A stretch of DNA of 64,000 nt from Pelomyxa schiedti (taxonomy: Eukaryota > Protista > Evosea), in contig JAHLWZ010000231.1 of NCBI GenBank assembly GCA_020536535.1, forward strand, positions 62,001 to 126,000. The letters are read 5' to 3'. The position numbers and the translations under genes were made by a program. The notes under the pieces were generated by a model that worked only from the letters and a program-made list of their open reading frames with translations, made no database searches and was not told the origin of the DNA. This document shows, in pieces, positions 25,260 to 36,500 of the stretch. The number at the start of each line of letters is the position of its first letter. Position 1 is the stretch's first letter.

Positions 25260-25596
25260 GGTGAGGGGGGTCCACATGATGATGATGGTGATGCATGCTG
25301 ACACAATGTAGACGATACAGCAATGTTGCTGCTTGTGGCGAGGTGAGCTAAATATTAGTATGGCCCACCAAAATGATTCTGGAGTGCCACACTGCTGTTT
25401 GTTGTACTTTTTTTTTGTTTTGATGTAATTTTTTCCCAGCTTTTCAAAGTCCCTTGTGGGACAGCGGTAAAATCTCCTGTCATTGGCAGTACGTTGGACA
25501 GCCGGCAACACTTTTTGTTTTGGTGCCTGTTTGTTGCACACTTTGTTTTGTTTGAAAGACTTTTGAAGGGTCGCTGAAAAATTCGAAAGTGATCAG

Positions 25597-28564
25597 ATGG
25601 CCACAGATCCAGCCACGTTGTTGCCGGTAACGGGTTGCACGGATCCGCAAGATCCACAGCTTCGTTGTTTGTTGTTCCTTTGGCGTGCTCGTCAACACGA
25701 GTTGGGGTTGGTTTCCAGCGAACCGCCGCCACCTGAAGTCGTCGGTCATGTTGTATTTTCCTTCCTTCCCTCACTCCCTTTTTTTTTTTTTTTTTTGTGG
25801 GAATTTGGGGAGGGTTTGGTGGGCTAAAGTTTGAGATTGGTTGTTTACTGTTGCTCATAGAGAATGAGAGTTTTGATGTGTGGAGTTTGGGACCTTCTGC
25901 ACCCTGGGCATGCACAGGCGATGGAGCGAGTGAAGGAAAAGTTCCCTCATTGTTGGCTTATTATAGGAGGTATTCTGGGGATTTTTCCCCCATTTGGAAT
26001 TCTAATTGATGGAATAAGTTCACAGTGACCAAACTACGGCTTCCATGAAGGGCAAACCTGTTTTAACAATGAAAGAGAGGGCTGAAATGGTTAGGCACAT
26101 TAAGTATGTTGATGAAGTGCTTCTGGACTGTCCTTGGGCAGTTGATAAAAGTTTCCTTGATAGTCATATGGTGACCACTTTGTCCTGTATATTGCACTGC
26201 ACCTTATAGTTTTGAAGATAGACCTTGTAGTTGGCTCTGATGATAGCTTTACGAGTAAAGGCAAAAGTATCTATGAAGAAGTTCAAAAGTTGGGGAAGTT
26301 CGTTGAAATTCCCCGCATAGAAGGTGACAATTCAAATAGTAGAAGCTATTACAAGAGTTCACCCTAACCATAGGAATATCTTCTACTTCTATCATTTCTC
26401 GAATTGTTAGTAATTATGATGCCTACATTAATCGCACCCTTGATTGCGGCTATTCACTAAGTGATTTGAATGTGTCATATCTTCGGGTAACATTCGTTAC
26501 TTCCAATAAATAGAAATGTTCAAATATGTACAGGGTATGAGAGTATCAACCTCTCGAGGTGTGAAAAAAGTTATGAGGGGCTTTGGATTTGGTGCCAACT
26601 GGAGGATTAGTGGCTTCACGAGGCGATTTGGTGAGAAAATTCTTCAGTCATGGGCTCAAAGGGGACTTGCAAAAGAACTTGTGTGAATGCATTAGAGACA
26701 AACTATCACTCACAAAACAAAAAAGCGTCTTGCAGAGGCTACTGACCCAAGCTACCCTTCAGCAGCATCAGAGGAAACATCAACTTCGTCTGAAGATTTG
26801 AGTGAAATTTTCCCTTGGGCACTTAAGCAGTGCAAAGAGTTGGTCAATGGTTGGAAAAATGTGGACGTATCAGAAATTTCCATCAAAGTAATAAAAGGTT
26901 ATTTCCTTATGCAACATGAAACGAGTTTTGATTGGTTTTAGGAGGACTTACAAATAGACTCTACAAACTCTCTTTGTCACCCGAGGCGACTGAAAGACTG
27001 AATGAAGCTGCTGATCCGGCTTCTTGTGGTATCAACAGTATAATTTCCATTGTACTCATTCGTGCAGAAAGGGTACCTCAACACGTTCTTGTTCGCAAAT
27101 ATGGCGAAGGAACCGAAGTATTTTTCGACCGCAGTCACGAGCACATTATCTTTAGCAGATTCTCTGATGCTAGACTTGGTCCTCACTTGTATGGCCTTTT
27201 CGAAGGAGGACGGATTGAGGAATTTCTTGAATTGCAATCTCTTACATCAGACGAGGTACCTAATGTGCTGCTGGCCATTGCACAGCAACTTGCAAATGTG
27301 CACAGACTAGAGATTGAGGATTTACCACATACCCCCTCCTTGTTTAATTCTCTGCGACATTGGTATGAAGCAGCAATGCAAGTTACATTTGGTACACCTC
27401 CTAAATTTGTACAACCTGACTTGGGTTGCCAGATGACCCAAAGAAGAAACTTCAACTGTCAGAGCTTGGTCTAGAAAAATTGGGAGGCGAGATAGATGAA
27501 CTTCAAGGTTACTTACGTAAGATTGATTCACCAATGTGCTTTTGCCACAACGATTTACTTGGCGGAAACATCATGTATGACAATGAATCCAAGAAACTGT
27601 GCTTTATTGATTTTGAATATGGCTCTTATAATTACCGAGGTATATTAATACAATTCATAAGTGTGACTGATCCCTGCTAGGGTTTGACTTCGGAAATCAT
27701 TTCAATGAATGGATGCTCGTATATAGTGAGCCCCACGAACCTTGGTTCCGGCTGGAGCCATCTCATTATCCCTCATACCAGCAACAGCATGACTTCTTTA
27801 GCACTTACCTTCGTCAGTATCTGTCTGTTTCCTCTACCTCCCCGACCACAGTAACTTCAGGCGAACCTGTTCCCCCAGCTACAACAACTACTACCACTGC
27901 AACTACCTCAACTACAACAACTACCTCCACAGCAACTTCCGAAGAGGCTCTTATATTATCAAATCCAGAACGGTTTGAACAAGCAGTACAAGGACTCATT
28001 GCTGAAGCTAACCAATTTTCCCTTGCATCCCACATCTTGTGGGCCGTGTGGTCTGTTATTCAAGCTTCTTCCTCGTCTATCCAATTTGGTTATCTCGAAT
28101 TTGCCCAGGCACGAATCAAAGAATACTACAAAAGGAAAAACGATTATCTAGTAGAACACGTTTATACCAAATCCTACTGTGAACCCCACGTATTGACGTG
28201 TGTTATTCATTATTATTCCAGTTTCCAGTTTAATTCCCAATCCAGAGAAACTCCCAGCCCGGCCACCACAGTATTTGTTAGTAATGATGACCACCACTTT
28301 GTGGTAAGCCCACTCATTAACAGTACACAAACATGACAGCTATTCCAGGAGGCCAGATTCAACATTCCGACCTGGTGCAAGCAATGTGGTTACTTTGTGC
28401 GTTCTCCATTTGGGAAACAAGGCTACCGCTGCCAAGGTTACAATACAGTTTCGGAAATAAGACTCACTAACAAACTAAAAGCTTGCGGGATGTGCGTTCA
28501 CCGTAACTGCAAAGACAACGTTGTATCGAAATGTGTCTTCAGAAAGCAAGCAGAAATTTTGTAA
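25597..28564 (+). CDS. Fusion protein: choline-phosphate cytidylyltransferase (CCT/PCYT1-like) + choline/ethanolamine kinase + C1 zinc finger
   Basis: CCT part: CGVWDLLHPGH (HxGH), KGKPVLTMKERAEMVRHIKYVDEV, RIEGISSTSIISRIVSNYDAYINRTLDCGYSLSDLNVSY. Kinase part: [69 protein letters not shown]. C1: H-x12-C-x2-C-x14-C-x2-C-x4-H-x2-C-x7-C after removing introns 28304-28348 and 28437-28481. Stop TAA at 28562-28564. The start codon is inferred. Confidence 0.85.
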
Positions 28565-28648
28565 CACAAAGCCCTCTTGGTTTAATTTAAAATTCTATTC
28601 TCTGAGGAAATCACATACTTTCGGTTTTTTTTTCCCCTTGTGTGAAAC

Positions 28649-30477
28649 ATGAACTTTTGGCCGTTCATTCTCATTGTTTCCTCTGGTGTTCTGCTGGGTC
28701 TGTTGTGGTGTCAATTTGAAAACGGTTCTTTCTCTTATTGGCATTAGGGGCCTTTGGTGATTACATCAACCCAGTGGTCAATGTTGATGCACCAGGTGTG
28801 TACATGAGGTGGCTAATTGTTACTTGAGAGGCAACAACCAACATACAAACTTGTAATACAGACCCTGGGGTTTTGTTCTATGACGGGTTGTTCTGGATGG
28901 TTTCTACATCTGGCGATGATACCAGTAATATGTTTCCTATACGGAAAAGTGCTGATCTGGTTTCCTGGACCTCCATTGGTTTTGTGTTCAACTCCTCTAC
29001 AAAACCATCCTGGGTATTTCCCTTACTACCTATCTTTCTCTATCTAACAAAACGCAAGGCTTCCAAGTGTTTTTGGGCCCCAGAGCTTCACGTTGTGGGT
29101 GGCAGGATAATGGTATATTTTGTTGCATGTGACTCTGCTGGGCTGCTCTCTATTGGCGGTGGATATGCATCACATCCACAAGGTCCTTACACGGCTCTGG
29201 AATATCGGCTTGTTAACGATCCCCTGGGAGCCATTGATCCTTCCTTTTTCAAGGACCCAGTTTCAGGGCACCAGTATCTACTTTGGAAGGTTTCTCAATT
29301 CATAATAGCAACCTTTTCTGAGAGATATAGGTTAATGATGCAGCTGCTTCTATATACGCACAAGAAACAAACGACGCTGGTGACAGTCTTCTGGGCTCCA
29401 AGACTCTCCTCATGGTTGTGAGTCTGACGTGGGAGCAACCCATAGTTGAAGCCCCCTGGATGATCTACCGGAATAATACATATTACATGTTCTACAGCAG
29501 TGGTTACTATAATCAACCAACCTACAATATAGGAGTTGCTCGTAGTTCATCACCACTTGTATGTTTGCAGGTTTTTATTTTGTGAATTAAGTGTTATTTT
29601 ACACAGGGCCCATTTGAAAAAGCATGTGCCCCCCTAATGTCACAATATGCTGATGGCTCACCTTCAAATGCATTCAGTGCACCAGGCCACACTTCGGTTC
29701 TCGATTATGTTGGAGAATCATCTTCCACATTCCTCGTTTATCACTCATGGTACAGTGGGAAAATTGACATGTCTCCTGGGCGCGTGGTTCTTGTTGACCA
29801 GCTGTGGTGGAGTGAAACTCCAGGAGACTGGCCTGTTGTAAGCGGTCAATCCGGCACCCCAACATGTGATTCCCAACCTACTCCTACTTCTTCAGGCTCA
29901 GCCAGAGTACCTTCATCTGTATTACAGGTTGGGTTCCCCCTTTAGTACTGTCTACCATACTCAGTTGATATCTTTCATGAAAGATTGGTAATTCATACAC
30001 CCTACAAACTTATCAATGGTCCGATCAGTGCTGGTCCGATGACGGCGTGATAAGTACAAGTGGATGTAGTTGTCAGTACAAGGTTCATTCCGGCTTGTGT
30101 TCGGGAATGACTATCACCTTAGAGAGTGTCAACAAGTATTTACCGTTCTTGTCACTTGTATCATTCACTCAATTTCTAGACCTGGATACTATTGGAGACA
30201 CAAAAATGGCCAGCTCACTCTTGATAAAGATGACGGCACAGACCTCTTTCATCAGGACAGCTCCTTTATGCCCCTTGCTGGTCTTCACAACCAGGTATTT
30301 GCTAATCTCTATGGATTTAAAATATTAAAATATTCACCCTAGGACTATGTGAGTTTCCGGTCTGTGAATTATCCTTCAGAATACATTAGACACAAAGATG
30401 GGATTTTGTACATTAATGAATGGGATGGCACCGACTTAATGGCTCAAGATGCTTCCTTTTTGCCAATTGCAAAGTGA
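28649..30477 (+). CDS. Secreted GH43 glycoside hydrolase (arabinofuranosidase/xylosidase-like) with a C-terminal CBM42/AbfB module
   Basis: Hydrophobic N-terminus; NPVVNVDAPDPGV, SADLVSW, FWAPELH, AIDPSFFKD, IVEAPW, APGHTSV, LVYHSW. C-terminal LESVNKPGYYWRH..FHQDSSF and FRSVNYPSEYIRH..AQDASF are AbfB-type repeats. Stop TGA at 30475-30477. Confidence 0.88.
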
Positions 30478-30559
30478 ATAAACCGATTTTTTGTGATTTT
30501 TTTACAAAACAAAAATAGGTGATAGGTCCTCAGTGTCCTTTCTGGGTTAAGTACTTCTC

Positions 30560-33500
30560 AACATGTTCTACAATCCGCTGGGGGGCAGATTCTGACAAGG
30601 CGGCGTCACATACGGATTCTTTATTGACAGTACGGTGTTGCTGATGGAGGTATAACGCAGAAGCCAGCTATTAAACGGAGTCAGTTTATGGTGGAAAGTG
30701 GTAAAGTTGGAGAAATTACAAGTCTAGATTGCGGTATACCCATCTCTAACAAGTCCGTGCATAGCTCCCCATATTGCAGCTCAATGGCGCATACTTCATC
30801 AAAATTGTCAGTGTGTTTTGTGCTAGCAGGAACAAGAGAAGGCGGGGGTACTGAAACAACCACTGACGGTGGCTCCATGTCATCATCTGTGCGTGTGGTA
30901 TCTGGCGGTGGGATGCTCTCAGTAGCCTTAACTGGTGGGGGAATAGGGTCTGTGGCTAGAGCCATTGTTACACCACTTTCAGGCTCAGAGGTAGCGCCAC
31001 TGCCTGAAGAGGTGGTCGTTGTTGTTGATGTTGTGGCCGTTGTTGTGGTAGTAGTTGCCGCCGCTGTTGCTCCATGTGGAGCGTCAACAAGATGCATAGT
31101 AGTTGCAGTAGGTCCCGCGGCAGGGTCTACAATCGGGGCATCGGGACCTCCCAGTGGTAATGGTAAATTGCGATTCACACACTGCACTACAGTACTAAGC
31201 CGTGTTGTGACTTCACAGAGAGTTCCATATTTCTTCCACAAGAAGGTTTTTTCACCAAAGTCGATAATAAGATGGACAGCAGGGTCACCCTACATTGTAG
31301 ACTGAGATAAATCGGATAATTAACATGAAGAAACCTGGTCAATGATTTTTTGTGCATATCGTAGAACAAGTTTTTTTTTAATTATGAAGCGACCTGATGT
31401 TCCGAACTGAATCGTAGTGTTCACCTCAGTGGAGCCGGCAACGAATGTACTAGGGTCAAGAAACTTAATTCATTTAGTACTTATGAGAAAGAACGAAATT
31501 GTACAGAAGGGCAAAGCTTGATAGGGTACATGGCAATCTTGAAAGTAGAAATAAGGCGTGCTCCTCCTGGGACCACTTTTGTGAGTGCCGTCCAGAATTC
31601 ATCTCCCTCAAATCTTAACATTGCTTGCTTAACAACAAGTGCTAGAAGATTGTTAAACCAAAAGAGGAGAGCCTTGGTAAATACCAGCCGGCTTGTTAGC
31701 CTTTATATGAAGGCGAATTCCTCCTCCATGTGGGAACTCACCACGTACTGACACAATGTCAACTCCTTCTGTAAAAATGGGTGCAACCTAGAGGCATTAA
31801 AAGAGCAAAGATAATTTGAAGTTCACTTCATGCCAATCTCGCTTCAGAACTTGGTAAGCCTTCCATGTGAGGAACAGGCTCAAGGGACCTGCTCCGATAT
31901 ACAACCAATACCAAGGAAATCCATCAATCTGAAACATAGGTGGAACAGCGAGAGGCCACCAAGCCCATACTACAAACACAACAACCTATTGTAAAGTCGG
32001 TATTGGTTTATATTACATTCAATGCATGAATAGACATACAATGAACCACTCCCCTATAAAAGAAAAAAGGGATGAGATGTGAATACTGGCTAACTTTTAA
32101 GTATCTTACCAAAACAGCAACAGCTTCGCCTATGCATATAACAAAATTCTGTTGCTTTGGAGAGAATTGCCTTGTATCCTTTTACGACTGTACCAGCCAT
32201 TATTCTTTTTCCTATCAAGACATATGCATTAAGGGGGTCGAAGACTTCATAAAGTGTCATCTTTAGAATCTGTTAAGGAAGAGTATACAGTCGTAAGTCA
32301 GGAAAGGGCATAGAAGGATATGTAAAAATGTGAGATGGAGGATGATCGGATACTCTATCCACCATATAATACACAAAATCCAGCACCTAGATAAGTAAGC
32401 TTGATTTCCTAAATTTCGTTTCCTTTTCAAAACTGGTAGTATACCAGGGTGCAAAATTGGCCACAGTATCTGACCAAAATTCGATATCAGCAAAAGCTTC
32501 CCAAAATTCTACAAAGGACGGAAGAGGAGACATGCGTAATCCACCTTTTTCTCAAGATTGGATTCATTACACAATATTACACACACTTACCAATTAGAAG
32601 AACGGGCAGGATAGGAAGGGCTAGATTAAGAATAACTATGAAGGGAATGCAGATGGCTTGAACTATCATCATGAAAATCTTGACAAAACGGCGTGAGCTG
32701 TGAAGGAAAGCAGGCAATACCTCCAAAATAGCCCAGCCTACTCCCGGGCAGGTTCCAATGCTCCAGCCCGATGCTAAAGTTACGTTATAACAGTAAAAAA
32801 TGAGGTCTCTAAACATACAACGGCGACATCTTCTCCAAATTGGTTCAAAAAAAGTACAAAACAGAAAGCAGGTATGATTGAAACAAAGTACAGGAATCAA
32901 CGCAAGCTCATTCAGGAGTATAAAAGGGAACCCACAAAAAATTCCCATTATGACTTGATGTATAGCCCAGAAATCTCTTCTACTATCACACATTGCTGTA
33001 AGAAGTAAGACATAAGTTTGTTGCGATTCGAGGTACCATAAATCCAATAAAGAGGCATGCAAACAAAAGACAGGGTTCTGGAGCCATTATTCATATCCAA
33101 AATTGGTAACCTCCCATAGGGCGTTATAGCGGAAGTCCGTCTAGCAGGTGCGGCTGCAGTGATAGCTGCAGTACTAGCTGCAGATGACGCAAGGGGGGTT
33201 GTATCTGTTGGAGCCGGGCTTGAATGATATGTAAGGTCGGCACGGGAAGGCTTAAGATCACTCAGCTTTTTCACTTTCCCTATGCGCCATCCGATATACA
33301 TATGAATAGGAAGAAGGACAAATGCGGCCGCCTAATAGTCACTTTGTTAGAAGAGAAAACGGTATTGAGCAATAACCTTTATTAGTAGCATTACAACATG
33401 TGGAATGTGCATCATTGCTGGAGAAGCCACAAGGGGGGGGAAAAAAAACAGGAAGTTAGTGGAAGAGTTATTTTGGTGGCTGAGAGACTTTGTAGAAATT

Positions 33501-36500
33501 CATATGTAACTATATCTCTGTACAATGAAAACGACATGTGGAATGTTTGTTCTTCCTCTCGTAACTGCAGTTATTAGGAGGGAAGTTTATAACTATTGTA
33601 GGAGTACATAGCACTTCCATGCAGCCTCGAAGCCTGTTGTAAAAATTGACTCGTCTATTTCCTAAAGAGGCATTTTAAAGTAAGGTTCTTAATTGTAATG
33701 CAACACCAAACACAAAGACAACAACCTCTTCGTCTTCTTCGGCATTTACCATTTCCATTGTAGTGCCGGTAGAAGTAACAGGAGAGCTGATATCTACAGC
33801 GGTAGTGGGAACTGTGGACTCTGTTGTGTGAACGTCAACAGATGGGGCTCCAGAAATGGATGGTTCTGTAACAGTGGTGGGTTCTTTAACTAGTTCTTCA
33901 TGGTGCGTCAAATCACTTTCAGGCACTTTCGGGGACGATTTCTCACTAGAACTTGAACTGTGCGATTTATGTGTTTTTCCGGTAGTGGCCAGGGCGCTTT
34001 CCATAACGACAGGGGGGTCGGGGTCCGTCGATTTTGGTGAAGTAATTTCTATACTGTTAGTGGAGTCTTTAGCCTCATCGGACACTGTTTTCTCTTCTGT
34101 ACTTGGAGGGGCAACAATGACTTCGGATTCTGGCGGGGGAGTTCCGTCTCTAGTATCACAAGCACTGGCACTCTCACCTTTTTCACTCGTCACAGAAAGC
34201 TTCACATCGTCTGCGGTACCAGTCACTGCCGGTTCCATCACTACTGTGGTGCTTGTTGTGGTTGAAGGGGTGGTTGTGGTAGTGGTTGTCGTGGTAGTTG
34301 GGGTGATGGGCACCTTCAGAGTAGGCGGTGGAGCAATGATGGGAACAGTATGTGCCGGAGTGTAATCTTCTTTAGCCAAAGCGCGTGCTATTTCTTCATC
34401 TTTAGCCAGCTGTTCTTCCTGTGTATCTTAAGTGATTGATCCAGGAAAGGGTGGTACCTTTCTTCTTTTCTGCCTGGCCAGTATTTGAACGCTCTTCTTT
34501 TTTCGGGAAAAAAGCCAACTGTAATTCCATGCTCGCTTAACCATACAGGGAATGTGGATTGGGCATAGTAAACAGAGCAAAATCTCCATGAAGGATATAA
34601 AGTCACGAAGTAGAAGGTTCATTGTCCAAAGTGTACCTAGATACCAGGAAAAACTCTAAAGAAACAGTTGGCTTTTATTATACTTCCCCTTAGAGCTGGG
34701 TAGGAAACCTCGCGGAAATGATATGTGGAAGAAAGTTCTCCGTGAAGATGGTGTATATGTGATGCTAGTGACAACCATCTCCATGGGCATGCACAACAAA
34801 GTACAAAAAGGGGACCAATGAGACAATCAGCCAGACCAATTCCAAAATATTTGACCACATATTCATGCCGGGCAATATCAACCTCCTTCTTCAAGATAAA
34901 GTGAGTTTTTATTGCTGGTTTATACTAGCAACCTTACGGAAGATATAATTTAGGAACCAGATTGTACGCCAGAAGAAAAAGCAGTTGATGATTCCCAACC
35001 AAACAAAAGGCCAATCAATAAGAGTTTTTGATAATGTTGTTGCTGTTGCTCTGTATAATCCAGTTGTAAGCCAGAAATGCTTCATGAAATTAAAAAAGTA
35101 CACCACAATGCAGGATACCCGTTTAAAATAGCTCTCATGATCAGGTGGCGTCTTGTATTTGTCATAAGCCTTCTTCACTTCAGAAAACAAGGTCTTCCAT
35201 CGCCAAAAGGCAAAGAAAATGAACAACCATTCAAATGCCATCACTATGTCAGCCAAGCATGCCTGTTACTAAAAATGAGGAAGGTAAGTGGAGATATGAA
35301 AACTTTCCCCTAGGTAGGCAGCTGTACGATAGCGTTTTTCGCTTCCCTCTTCATTTCGCAACTATTCTATCCTAAGTATTTGAAAACCAAATTATCACTT
35401 ACTTTCCAAAAAATGGTATGAAGGAAAAACGGACTGCGCCAGGGACATAATGTGACAAAAACGCCGGCAAACACAAATGGTTCATCCTTTAGGGCATGGT
35501 AGAAGCACTTGCATGTCGTAGCATAAAATCTCCAACTCTGGAAAAATAAAGTTACAAACTTTATAAGCAGGGAGACATTAACATGATGCCAGTGGATCTC
35601 CCTAGCCCTCTCAGTGAAGGGTTTTTTAATCTTTCGCACAAAGGTGATTATTCTCCATGGAGCCATAAGCATGAATAGCGCAAATAGCAATCCCACCAAT
35701 ATGTCAACAAATGAAAGCCCAAAGTATTGAGCAGTGCGCAAGCGTCTTTCTGAAGCATCCTTTGACTGAGGGGAGAGTAAACTTTTGTATGTTACATATT
35801 CCCTCCAACCTTGTATAGAGTACGAATGAATCCAAACGTTCTCCAAGGCATTAGGCACACCCATGCACCAAAAAATACAAAAGGAAGGTCAATTAACCAT
35901 TGCAAAAATAGCTTAAGAAACGCCTTGTGCTCATTATCGCCAGTTTCATGCTGAATAAGTAAGATAGAACGGAAGTTAAATTGATTTTTCACCTTTTTAA
36001 TGAGCTGCACTAGAGACGGTATTCTCCAACCAGTAAGAAGAATTAAAAGTAGCAATGGAATGCAAGGAATATCTTAGGGAAAGCTGTTAAAACGGCCTGC
36101 AAGAATAATTACCTTTCAAAGTTCCCAAGCAATACCTAATAAAATAGGACATTTTGTTAAAAACGGGGAATAGCAATTAAGGAATAGATGAATACCGCAG
36201 AACCATGATTCGCCTTTGGTTTGCTGTTTCAGTCTCCTGCACCAGGCGTTTAATGCACCAAGGCATTCGCCACAATGTAAATAGCAGGAACAAGGGAAAA
36301 GGAGCATCCAACAAGAGTAGGCCAAATGGTATCCACACGTAAGGGTACCAGTAGTCCCACTCTTTTATTGCTGTACTGGTCGGCTAAATAATTCAATGTA
36401 AGATGGCATCTGCAAGGACAAATACGTACAGCAGGCATCTCAGCATCAATGGCAGACGAAGGGCTACTTGTATCAGCAGGGGCAGCAGCAGTGGCCCCAG

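Noticed and set aside
24781-25541. Duplicated hydrophobic or poly-Lys small ORFs
   Set aside because: By-products of the direct repeat and (GAA)n tract, with no recognisable motif or splice support.
34591-34598. ATATCCTT on the minus strand, resembling a U12 AT-AC donor
   Set aside because: It lies inside an open coding repeat unit (RDFISFMEILL), and no intron is needed there.
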